From Bacteroidota bacterium (GTDB lineage Bacteria; Bacteroidota; Bacteroidia; Bacteroidales; NBLH01), in the NCBI GenBank assembly GCA_025361565.1, contig JANYKN010000050.1, positions 17,914 through 81,913 on the forward strand: DNA of 64,000 nt, in the 5' to 3' direction. The first letter of the stretch is position 1. Every line of letters begins with the position of its first letter. The translations under genes and the position numbers were made by a program. Below the pieces are notes generated by a model. That model was not told the DNA's origin, searched no databases, and worked only from the letters and a program-made list of their open reading frames with translations. Shown piece by piece: positions 29,801-37,160 of this stretch.

Positions 29801-29994
29801 GATTTTCCGCTTCCTGACGCCCCAGTAATTACTATAAAATGTGACTTTGTAAGGACTTTTATTAATTCGTAAGTTTGTTGCTCCCTTCCAAAGAAAAGAC
29901 TGCCTTCGCCAGTATCAAAACTTCTGATACCGGGGTAAGGATTTTTTATATATTCTTTAGCAGTAGTTTGAATCATAGCTGATTCTATTTTCAA
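26866..29994 (-). CDS. STAND-type P-loop NTPase (nSTAND/WD40-NTPase-like) with a winged-helix region, a single TM helix, a long charged helix and a 7-blade WD40 propeller
   Basis: The family-typical N-terminus is NPYPGIRSFDTGEGSLFFGRE. Walker A is GASGSGKSS and Walker B is LLVYVDQFEE. The TM helix YIAIFMGVASLISISFLVVALNL is at about aa 497-518. A K/E/A-rich helix spans about aa 520-665. Seven WD40-like blades are present, for example ASCSDDGTVKKFSF, GHTYSVN...SISSDGFIRSWNF and TCSYDGNVKIWDY. Confidence 0.85.
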   Translation of the reverse strand: MKIESAMIQTTAKEYIKNPYPGIRSFDTGEGSLFFGREQQTYELIKVLTKSHFIVITGASGSGKSSLVKAGLIPELKKISKNWSSIVFRPGNQPIGNMADALIDTFCEYGIENNLTGSYKDLEKIIQTDAVNLTEHFKKINFHNNLLVYVDQFEEVFRYRDDEYQSNSKEESEQFVNFLIGLSKQRTHPVYIVLSMRSDFLSDCTEFEALPQMINEGHYLIPKMTLEEKEEAVKGPAILAGAKISEELSALLRHHIQTYDVGLPVLQHALMRTWDYWMINAEADQAVDVEHYLAIGTITDALSVHAEQIYGSLQNLELKKVTEKLFKSLTHLGEDNRGTRRPARLDEICKITGAHEEDVVAVIEEFRAEGNSFLMPLLPTRIKPTTVIDISHESIMRVWKRLVSWVSEETESAQLYLRLSKSAELYQEGKTGLLVNPDLQLALKWKQDNNPNETWAIRYDPAFERTMTYLEYSRKEHEKAIAAKEERQKRNLKRAKYIAIFMGVASLISISFLVVALNLKIKAETSEKKALDSEKIAVEESKTAEDQKKEAISHKKIAEQQQMIADEERRMAEEQKLYALEQKKEAVIQKGLALVSKGEAEKSRDKAKFLQIEAEKLRDSALFQKDKAEKQKVRAEFSEARTDTLRKLAIAKSLAVQAIKVYQDNLKSKNLSEEQAELPLIMAYQAWYFNVKYQGNMYDPDIYAALSGVSNSSVIIRGQNTDAVRDIAVSESGKYFASCSDDGTVKKFSFSDPQHPVNMKTPKSDKKYNFRSVTFSPDDKFVVAGTNQGAIMVWNIENNNLMILAGHTYSVNKLLALKNSSQLISISSDGFIRSWNFKDFQTGAQVVFNASEKFIAGAANSDESKFAVASEQGVVRIFNSNTHTLEDTYQSKEGKILSLCWNKKNDLIIGFASGKIEIKNGNSIKSVYTHASGVTDIHFDNQKNRMLTCSYDGNVKIWDYDNLEAEPAIIGGHSNWVYCLVLNKDNSLVLSGSADKSILISKINITDLKSIIRDNISENMSYKNWLNYVGKDIVYTKKIPVD

Positions 29995-30439
29995 TTAAGA
30001 AATTATAAATTTGCGATTTGATAGATTTCAAGTACCATTATATATTTTGAGATACTAATTCAAAACCATTAAAATTCTAACACTTGAAAATTATACAGAA
30101 ACAATTGACTAAGAATTTTAGGCAGAATTATTAATTATAATATACTTTGTGTTAAGAATTCTTTATTCAAAAAGGATACCAAAAATTTTCATAGACCAAG
30201 AATAGATTGATCAGTTGCGCAGGAGAATAAATGTCTTTATTGATTAATCCTGATTTTAATTTAAATCAAACATTTACTTCTAAAAAGGATTTAAGTTTTT
30301 AATAAGAATGCCCTTAATTTTTAGATATAAAAAAATTGAAAAACAGAAATAGAGATTGCATAATTTTTAATATAAAGCATCAACTTGATTACAAAAAAGA
30401 TACTTTTAGTGAAATGTAAAGAAATAATCTTTAAAATAA

Positions 30440-30447
30440 TACTTTTG
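30440..30447 (+). promoter_or_regulatory. Candidate -7 promoter element TActTTTG, only 4 nt upstream of the ATG at 30452
   Basis: Read directly from the sequence. The spacing implies a leaderless or near-leaderless mRNA. Confidence 0.35.
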
Positions 30448-30451
30448 AAAC

Positions 30452-30844
30452 ATGAATGAACTTAATATTACAACCCCAGCCTTATTGTTTTCGGCAGTTT
30501 CGTTAATTCTTTTGGCTTATACGAACCGGTTTTTAGGATATGCTCAAATAATCCGGAATTTATACACAGAATATAAACAGGATAAAGACGCTATCTTGAT
30601 TGATCAAATTAAAAATCTTCGCAAACGCCTCTATCTTATTAGGGCTATGCAAACTTTTGGTGTTTTTAGCCTGTTCTTGAGCATGGCATCCATGCTATTT
30701 ATATATCTGGGGTTCAATTTGGCTGCTGCTTTTGCTTTTGGCGGAAGCTTGGTTTGCATGATAGGATCCCTTGCTATTTCATTATGGGAAATTCAAATTT
30801 CGGTACTTGCATTAGAATTGCATTTAAAAAACATGGAAGATTAA
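30452..30844 (+). CDS. Small integral membrane protein (DUF2721-like)
   Basis: It is 130 aa with three hydrophobic helices. The N-terminus TPALLFSAVSLILLAYTNRF resembles DUF2721 proteins, recalled from memory. Confidence 0.6.
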   Translation: MNELNITTPALLFSAVSLILLAYTNRFLGYAQIIRNLYTEYKQDKDAILIDQIKNLRKRLYLIRAMQTFGVFSLFLSMASMLFIYLGFNLAAAFAFGGSLVCMIGSLAISLWEIQISVLALELHLKNMED

Positions 30845-30930
30845 AAGCAGTACCTACTTTTGATTCTATAATCAAAACCTGATTATTACTAAGAGGAATA
30901 TATATTGCTTTTGCCTTTATTTGTAGTTTA

Positions 30931-31419
30931 TTATAAATCTTTAATCATCCAAACATCACAACCACAGTGGCCTGTATTACCCATAGGCCTATCAAGTTTA
31001 TAGAAACCATATTTCTGATACAAGCTTATAGCAGCTTGCATATTAGGGAACGTTTCCAAATAGCATTTTTTGTAGAAGTTGTCACATGCAAACTCCAGAC
31101 ATTTCTCAAGCATAAGTTTTCCAATTCCCAAGCCTCTTGCATTGGAATAGATATATAACTTTTGAAGTTCGCAGATTTCACTATTGCTGCTTTCTAAAGG
31201 TTTAATGCCACATCCTCCAATTAGTCTTCCATTTTGTTCAGCCACATAATAAACCTGACCAGGTTTTTGATAAGCTTCATAAATGTGATCGGTGTCGTAA
31301 TCATAATAAGCTGTACCTGGTTTATTGCCTCCAAATTCGATTAATACGGTACGGATTATATTTGCAATTTGTTCATTATCTGATGATAATACTGGTCTGA
31401 TAAAAAAATTTGTTCCCAT
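30931..31419 (-). CDS. GNAT-family N-acetyltransferase
   Basis: The acetyl-CoA binding motif is LYIYSNARGLGIGKLMLEKC. It is 162 aa. Confidence 0.85.
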   Translation of the reverse strand: MGTNFFIRPVLSSDNEQIANIIRTVLIEFGGNKPGTAYYDYDTDHIYEAYQKPGQVYYVAEQNGRLIGGCGIKPLESSNSEICELQKLYIYSNARGLGIGKLMLEKCLEFACDNFYKKCYLETFPNMQAAISLYQKYGFYKLDRPMGNTGHCGCDVWMIKDL

Positions 31420-31468
31420 ATGTCAATCAATTAAATGTCATAATATGAGTTTAAACTTAATATTGTAT

Positions 31469-31476
31469 CAAATTTA
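31469..31476 (-). promoter_or_regulatory. Candidate -7 element (TAaaTTTG on the minus strand) for the GNAT gene
   Basis: The plus strand reads CAAAttTA, 49 nt upstream of the ATG at 31419. Confidence 0.3.
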
Positions 31477-31482
31477 TAAAAT

Positions 31483-31512
31483 AAAAAAAGCGGCACTTTG
31501 GCCGCTCTTTTT
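31483..31512 (-). terminator. Rho-independent terminator of the TPR lipoprotein gene
   Basis: The GC-rich stem is agcggc / gccgct with a 6-nt loop. It is flanked by A7 upstream and a T-run downstream, so it could act bidirectionally. Confidence 0.7.
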
Positions 31513-31528
31513 ATTCTCAATCTATTAT

Positions 31529-33286
31529 TTATTCAACGATAGTTTTGAAAGTTTCATTTTCCCAATATTTGATGAATTCAACATCACCTTTTGCATAAGC
31601 TTTAACAGCTGCATTTTTACCGGCAGCAGTTTTTAGATTTGCAAATACGGCATCATCTTTAGATTGTTTTGAAGCAACAATAGCTTTTAAATAATAAAAC
31701 CATCCGCTTTCTTTTTCACCCATAGCAGCAAGTGTAGATTCAGATTCAGCATTTTGTTTGTTTAATGTCTGAGCTAAAGCTTTGTTGAAAGTGTTTTCAG
31801 CACCAAAATTTTGGATAGCTTCAGGATATTGTCCTTTGATGATGTTTATAACACCTTGTCCGTATCCTAAGTATGGTGACTGGCAACCAGCAGCTTTTGC
31901 ATCAGCAAAATATTTTTCTGCTTGGTCCATATTTCCTTGAGCAAATGCGGTAGTACCTAAGTTACAAAGAACTGTACCATTTCCTGCTTGTATTTGATTG
32001 GCTTGCTCAAAAGAAGCTTTTGCACCATCCAAATTACCACCATTTCCTTGAACAACACCTAGATTATTTAGAGCTGTAAAGTTGTTAGGTTCAATAACAA
32101 GGGCACGTCTGTATAGTTTTTCTTTCAAAGAAGCATCTTTAGTCAAAGTTGCAGTATAAAGTACTTCAGGCAATTTTAATGTGTTAATACCGCTATCAGC
32201 AGCCAATTGAAGCATTTGATCATTAGTTTTTACTTTTGATTCGTATTTGGCACTAATTACAGATCTTCTTAATTTAGGCAATACGTCTGATTTTAAGCCT
32301 GTGTATGCTTCAGCTATGTTTTTGATTTCCCTTTCGCGAACGATTGGATCAGAATACATAGAAAGAACCCTTAAAATCAATTCTTTATCTTGTACATTTG
32401 AACCTTCAACTTCTTTTTTGAAACCATCCCAGTCTTCAGCAGGAGTAGTTGCTTTTACAACAAATGTTGGATCTTTTGTAACTGTTGCTTTTGCTTTTTT
32501 CAAAGATTTACTAACGAAATCCTGAGCTGATTTACCACGGCCATCAACCAATTTTTGGTTTAATTCTTCTGGTCCGTCTGGTGAAGCATAACTTGATATT
32601 TCAACGTTTACCAATGCTTTTTCAGCATCATCGGTGGTTTTTGTCAATAAATCAAGCAATTTTGTAACTTCTTCTTTTTTTAATTCAGTAGATCTGATAT
32701 CAGATTTCTGCATTAAATAAAGAATTACTGCGGATTCAAGATCCATAGATTTTGCGTCAATAGTAACCGGAATTTCAATAAATTTTGGACCATCAATTTC
32801 AGTACCGTATTTAACTAATCTTGGAGTAACATTTATTCCTTTAGCAACTTCGACATTGATGATGTCTGCATTTTCATCTCCTCTTGAACCTTTCATCCTT
32901 AGTTCAAGTGTTGAAATTCTCATCTCATCAGTATAAGGAATTACATCGCTATAATTAAAACTTCCACCATCTTTATAAGAGATAACTGGATTGTTGTCTT
33001 CAACCTTCTCACCTTGTAAAGTTTGAGTTTTTAGTGCGTATTCTCCGGTTGCGTATTTTAATACTGGGGTAACCACCAAAATTGCCTTTTTATCAAAATA
33101 CTTTGGAGGGATAACTCCTGCGATAGCCACAGGAACTTTTTCACCATGCATTTCAAGCGGATTTGGGGTAACATTATTTTTAAGCTCCTTTGCTTTGTCC
33201 GCCATTTTATCAAGTCCGCCACAACTGCTAAGAAGTAATACAGCTGTAACAATTGATACCAGGTAATTGAATGTAAGTTTCTTCAT
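31529..33286 (-). CDS. TPR-repeat lipoprotein of unknown function
   Basis: I prefer the internal start at 33286 (MKKLTFNYLVSIVTAVLLLSSCGG, lipobox) over the ORF-track start at 33436. The C-terminal half has TPR-like repeats such as ALVIEPNNFTALNNLGVVQGNGGNLDGAKASFEQA. Confidence 0.75.
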   Translation of the reverse strand: MKKLTFNYLVSIVTAVLLLSSCGGLDKMADKAKELKNNVTPNPLEMHGEKVPVAIAGVIPPKYFDKKAILVVTPVLKYATGEYALKTQTLQGEKVEDNNPVISYKDGGSFNYSDVIPYTDEMRISTLELRMKGSRGDENADIINVEVAKGINVTPRLVKYGTEIDGPKFIEIPVTIDAKSMDLESAVILYLMQKSDIRSTELKKEEVTKLLDLLTKTTDDAEKALVNVEISSYASPDGPEELNQKLVDGRGKSAQDFVSKSLKKAKATVTKDPTFVVKATTPAEDWDGFKKEVEGSNVQDKELILRVLSMYSDPIVREREIKNIAEAYTGLKSDVLPKLRRSVISAKYESKVKTNDQMLQLAADSGINTLKLPEVLYTATLTKDASLKEKLYRRALVIEPNNFTALNNLGVVQGNGGNLDGAKASFEQANQIQAGNGTVLCNLGTTAFAQGNMDQAEKYFADAKAAGCQSPYLGYGQGVINIIKGQYPEAIQNFGAENTFNKALAQTLNKQNAESESTLAAMGEKESGWFYYLKAIVASKQSKDDAVFANLKTAAGKNAAVKAYAKGDVEFIKYWENETFKTIVE

Positions 33287-33342
33287 AATTGATAAATAAA
33301 TTGTTTGACTAAATGATTTTCGGTTAATATATTTAATTACTG

Positions 33343-33350
33343 CAAATCTA
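33343..33350 (-). promoter_or_regulatory. Candidate -7 element (TAgaTTTG on the minus strand) for the TPR lipoprotein gene
   Basis: The plus strand reads CAAAtcTA, 56 nt upstream of the ATG at 33286. It lies inside the longer ORF, which supports the internal start. Confidence 0.35.
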
Positions 33351-33443
33351 TACAATGTTTTTAATAAATGAAACCCAAACAGACTTTTTTTTGTAAAATT
33401 TTGCAGCATTTTGCCATAATACCAAGATAATTCCATCTGCGTA

Positions 33444-34079
33444 TCAGAGGTTTTTCATATTCAGGCCATATGGGTATTCGTAATTGAAAATAGTGTCCGT
33501 AAGTGCTTCAAAATCATTTTGGCTTTTTACAAAATCAATGCCATTTGTATTTATGATAAGGAATTTGAGTCCTTGTTCATGTTTGAAATAGTCGAAATAA
33601 TTTTTATTTATTTTATTAAGATATTCAATGTCAATTGATTGTTCATAATCTCTTCCTCTTGATTTTATATTTTTAAGTGCATTTTCAGGATTTAAGTAAA
33701 GGTACACATATAAATCCGGTTTTGGTAATGAATGGTGAATAATATCAAATAGATTTCTAAACAAATGAAATTCATCATCGGCCAGAGTTGATTTTGCAAA
33801 TATTAGTGATTTTGTAAAATAATAATCCGAAATCAGGAAACTTTTGAATAAATCTCCTGTACTTAATTCTTCTTTCAACTGCTGATATCGCTCAGCCAAA
33901 AAAGATAGTTCCAAAGGAAAAGAATATTTTTCGGGATCTTTATAAAACTTTGGCAGAAAAGGGTTGTCTGCAAATTGTTCAAGGATTAACTTTGCATTGT
34001 ATTTCTCTGAAATTTTTTTAGATAAACTTGTTTTTCCTGCACCAATCAAGCCTTCAATTACAATAAACTTATGCTTCAT
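33444..34079 (-). CDS. Deoxynucleoside kinase (dCK/dGK family)
   Basis: P-loop IVIEGLIGAGKTSL. Family-like motifs are ERYQQL and RGRDYEQ. It is 211 aa. Confidence 0.85.
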   Translation of the reverse strand: MKHKFIVIEGLIGAGKTSLSKKISEKYNAKLILEQFADNPFLPKFYKDPEKYSFPLELSFLAERYQQLKEELSTGDLFKSFLISDYYFTKSLIFAKSTLADDEFHLFRNLFDIIHHSLPKPDLYVYLYLNPENALKNIKSRGRDYEQSIDIEYLNKINKNYFDYFKHEQGLKFLIINTNGIDFVKSQNDFEALTDTIFNYEYPYGLNMKNL

Positions 34080-34087
34080 ATGATTTA

Positions 34088-34122
34088 TATAAAACCTGGC
34101 AAACCTTTTTAGTTGTCAGGTT
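34088..34122 (-). terminator. Hairpin terminator after the prolyl oligopeptidase gene
   Basis: The 10-bp stem is aacctggcaa / ttgtcaggtt with one G-U pair. It is followed on the minus strand by a T-rich stretch. Confidence 0.5.
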
Positions 34123-34149
34123 CTTTAGTGTTTTTCTTAAGTTTTTAAA

Positions 34150-36276
34150 TTAATATAGAGGAACAATGCCCATATTAAAAAACGCAAATCCCCATTTATC
34201 AGCTTCTTCTTCAATTACTTTTGCAGTAGGCTTTCCTGAACCATGTCCTGCCTTAGTTTCTATTCTTATAATGATTGGGCTTTGACCTTTTTGTTTTTCC
34301 TGTAAGCTTGCTGCAAATTTAAATGAGTGCGCAGGAACCACCCTGTCATCATGGTCGCCTGTGGTAACCATAGTTGCAGGATATTGCGCTTCTTTTACAT
34401 TATGTACAGGCGAATATTTTAATAAATAATCAAACATTTCTTTCGATTCACCGGCATTTCCATAATCTGACGACCATCCTGCGCCAATTGTAAACTTATG
34501 GTAACGAAGCATATCAAGCACTCCCACGGCCGGGAATGCTACGGTAGCAAATTCGGGCCTTTGGGTTATGGTAGCGCCTATTAAAAGACCTCCGTTTGAG
34601 CCACCTGCAATAGCCAAATATTCAGTTGATGTATAATTATTTGTTTTCAAATATTCTCCGGCTGCAATAAAATCATCAAACACATTTTGCTTTTGCATTT
34701 TGGTGCCTGCCTGATGCCATTTTTCGCCATATTCACCACCACCTCTTAAGTTTGGCTGTGCATAAATACCTCCATTTTCAAGCCAAATTATTCTTGAGGT
34801 ACTAAATGCAGGTGTTAAACTGATATTAAAACCTCCATATGCGTAAAGAAAAGTTGGATTTTTCCCATCCATTTTCAGACCTTTCTTATAAACAATAAAC
34901 ATGGGAACTTTTGTACCATCTTTACTGGTATAGAAAACCTGTTCGGTTACATAATCCTCAGGTTTAAAATCGATTGCCGGTTTCCAGTAGATGTCTGATT
35001 TGCCACTGACAATATCATATTTAAATATGGTATTGGGATAAGTAAATGATGTAAATGAATAAAATAATTCCTTTTCTGCTTTTTCAGCACCAAATCCGGT
35101 TGCAGAGCCAATGGTGGGCAGTTCAACTTCCCTAATCAGTTTTCCATTGTAATCGTATTGAAGAATCTTTGATTTTACATCAACCATATAAGATGCAAAT
35201 ATACTGCCTCCTGCCGTTGAAACCGATAATGCATCTTTGGTTTCGGGAATTAGTGTTTTCCAGTTTTCAGGAAGTGGATTGGAAAAATCGACCTCAACCA
35301 ATCGTTTATTTGGTGCATTCAGATTGGTTTCGATCAATAATCTTGAACCATCATTATCAATCAGAACATGTTCATTCTCAAATCCTTTTGTTAATTGGAC
35401 AATTGGATTTTTATCATTCGATATATCTTTAACAAAAAGCTCATTTCCACTTGTACCTTCTGCTGCCATAATAACAAGAAACCTCTGATCTTCTGTTAAA
35501 TAACCAGAAACAGATCTGTATGGCTGTTTCTCTCCGCCAAAAATCAGTATATCTTTTTTTTGTGGCGTGCCTAGTTTGTGAAAAAACAGTTTATGAAATT
35601 CATTTTCCCCTGATAAATCACTGCCTTCTTTAGGTTTATCATAACTGCTGTAATAAAATCCCTCGTTGCCTTTCCACGAAACGCCACTAAATTTAACGTC
35701 AATTAACGTATCTTCTATGATCTGAAGTGTTTCGGTACTTTTTACAATGATTTTATTCCAATCCGATCCACTTTCCGAAATCAGATAAGCCATCAATGAA
35801 CCATCTTTTGTAAATCCTTCGCCGGCCATTGAAATGGTTCCATCTTCCGAAAATTTGTTTGGATCAATAAATACTTCCGATTCCTTGGAATTTAATTCCT
35901 TTTTTCGATATAAAACAAATTGATTTTGTAAGCCATTGTTCTTTAAGAAATAATAATAATTACCATGTTTCGATGGGGCTAAAACTTTTTCGTAATTCCA
36001 AAGTTTTTCAAGCCTGCTTTTTATTTTATCTCTAAATGGTATTTGTTTTAAATAACCAAAAGCTACTTCATTCTGAGCTTCGACCCATTTTGCTGTTTCC
36101 ACCGATTGATCATCTTCGAGCCAACGATAGGGATCTTTTACTTCGGTGCCAAAATAAGTATCAACTGTGTCTACTTTTTTTGATTGTGGATAATTCACAG
36201 AAATCATCTGTTTTTCTGATTGTTTATTACATGCTAAAATTGCAACAAATGCAGATAGGAATAAAATCTTTTTCAT
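34150..36276 (-). CDS. Prolyl oligopeptidase (peptidase S9A), lipoprotein/secreted form
   Basis: I prefer the internal start at 36276 (MKKILFLSAFVAILAC). It has an N-terminal beta-propeller followed by a catalytic domain with AGGSNGGLL (Ser), GDHDDRV (Asp) and AGHG (His). Confidence 0.9.
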   Translation of the reverse strand: MKKILFLSAFVAILACNKQSEKQMISVNYPQSKKVDTVDTYFGTEVKDPYRWLEDDQSVETAKWVEAQNEVAFGYLKQIPFRDKIKSRLEKLWNYEKVLAPSKHGNYYYFLKNNGLQNQFVLYRKKELNSKESEVFIDPNKFSEDGTISMAGEGFTKDGSLMAYLISESGSDWNKIIVKSTETLQIIEDTLIDVKFSGVSWKGNEGFYYSSYDKPKEGSDLSGENEFHKLFFHKLGTPQKKDILIFGGEKQPYRSVSGYLTEDQRFLVIMAAEGTSGNELFVKDISNDKNPIVQLTKGFENEHVLIDNDGSRLLIETNLNAPNKRLVEVDFSNPLPENWKTLIPETKDALSVSTAGGSIFASYMVDVKSKILQYDYNGKLIREVELPTIGSATGFGAEKAEKELFYSFTSFTYPNTIFKYDIVSGKSDIYWKPAIDFKPEDYVTEQVFYTSKDGTKVPMFIVYKKGLKMDGKNPTFLYAYGGFNISLTPAFSTSRIIWLENGGIYAQPNLRGGGEYGEKWHQAGTKMQKQNVFDDFIAAGEYLKTNNYTSTEYLAIAGGSNGGLLIGATITQRPEFATVAFPAVGVLDMLRYHKFTIGAGWSSDYGNAGESKEMFDYLLKYSPVHNVKEAQYPATMVTTGDHDDRVVPAHSFKFAASLQEKQKGQSPIIIRIETKAGHGSGKPTAKVIEEEADKWGFAFFNMGIVPLY

Positions 36277-36297
36277 ATTAATTTGGGGTTTGAAGAA

Positions 36298-36305
36298 CAA
36301 ATGTA
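36298..36305 (-). promoter_or_regulatory. Candidate -7 element (TAcaTTTG on the minus strand) for the prolyl oligopeptidase gene
   Basis: The plus strand reads CAAAtgTA, 21 nt upstream of the ATG at 36276. It lies inside the longer ORF-track model. Confidence 0.35.
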
Positions 36306-36520
36306 AATAAAACAACTTTGCCAGAAAAAATAAACTGAATTACATGACATAATTCATAAAAACAGATAATCAGTATAATATTAGTTTGTTGGAATTTCCT
36401 GTGTTTATTTTAACAAAGTAATGATTATTCCATTGATGTAGGTAAATTAATTTTCCAATAATGAATAAAAAATGTTGGTTATATTTTAATCTGTGTTGTA
36501 ATTTTTAATTATTTTTTTAT

Positions 36521-36528
36521 TAAATTTG
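36521..36528 (+). promoter_or_regulatory. Candidate -7 element TAaaTTTG
   Basis: It lies 29 nt upstream of the ATG at 36558. Confidence 0.35.
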
Positions 36529-36557
36529 GAATAGTATAAACTAAAAATACGAAGAAT

Positions 36558-36992
36558 ATGGAACTTGAAGCTTATTACAAAATGGTTGACAATTGTATAT
36601 CCAAACTTGGTGTAAATCCAAATGATTGCAGAGGAGAAAAACCAGGGCAATGGGATTTAAAGAAGGGTTCTGCAAGTGTATGGATTGATGTTTTTAAAAA
36701 TGAGAACAGCTTTTCCGGCTATTTTCAATGTGTGGCTCCAGTAGTGCAGGTGCCTGCAACTTTAACCAAAGAGTTTTACGAAGAAGTATTAGAAAAAAAC
36801 CATACACTATATGCCACAGCAATGACTAAGTTCAAAGATTGGATTTACATGAAAACAATCCGCGAATTGGATGGCATTGACGAAGATGAAATGACAGCTT
36901 TGATTAACAGGGTAGGAAATTATGCAGATGATTTGGATGATTACTTTAAAAATAAATATTTTGGCGGTTCTAATCCTCCAAAACAAGGATAA
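36558..36992 (+). CDS. Hypothetical cytoplasmic protein; a YbjN/T3SS-chaperone-like fold is suspected
   Basis: It is a 144-aa ORF with its own promoter motif and a downstream hairpin. The function call is a weak recollection only. Confidence 0.5.
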   Translation: MELEAYYKMVDNCISKLGVNPNDCRGEKPGQWDLKKGSASVWIDVFKNENSFSGYFQCVAPVVQVPATLTKEFYEEVLEKNHTLYATAMTKFKDWIYMKTIRELDGIDEDEMTALINRVGNYADDLDDYFKNKYFGGSNPPKQG

Positions 36993-37040
36993 AAGTTTAG
37001 CCATTGCTTTGGTTAAATGATTCACTAGATTATAAATATG

Positions 37041-37090
37041 GTTTATCCGCTTTTTGATATAAATTTCAATGGCGGGTAAACTTTTTTAAT
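37041..37090 (+). terminator. Possible terminator hairpin (gtttatccgc / gcgggtaaac, long loop) followed by T6
   Basis: Read directly from the sequence. The loop is about 20 nt, so this is only moderately convincing. Confidence 0.35.
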
Positions 37091-37103
37091 GAGATTTACC
37101 AAG

Positions 37104-37137
37104 AAAAAACCTCAAAAATGAAATCTATTTTTGAGGT
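37104..37137 (-). terminator. Rho-independent terminator of pnp
   Basis: The 11-bp stem is acctcaaaaat / atttttgaggt with a 7-nt loop. A T6 run follows on the minus strand. Confidence 0.7.
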
Positions 37138-37160
37138 CTAGAATGATATCGGGTATTTTA

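Noticed and set aside
26866-29994. STAND NTPase as an Avs-like antiphage defence gene
   Set aside because: I downgraded this reading. The protein has no nuclease, TIR, protease or other effector domain. Nothing in the window resembles other defence genes, mobile elements or integrases. The gene is also embedded in an operon with transport and metabolic genes, and its sensor domain appears to be extracytoplasmic. A conflict-system role cannot be formally excluded without homology searches.
30231-30302. 23-codon ORF (MSLLINPDFNLNQTFTSKKDLSF) preceded by an AGGAG-like sequence, in the divergent region upstream of the STAND operon
   Set aside because: It is too short to evaluate. Shine-Dalgarno pairing is little used in Bacteroidota, so the AGGAG is weak evidence. 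It has no promoter motif and no recognisable peptide features. It is worth checking only if ribosome profiling data exist.
30858-30877. 8-bp AT-rich hairpin (ttttgatt/aatcaaaa) after the DUF2721-like gene
   Set aside because: The stem has a single G-C pair and no following T-run. It is too weak to call a terminator.
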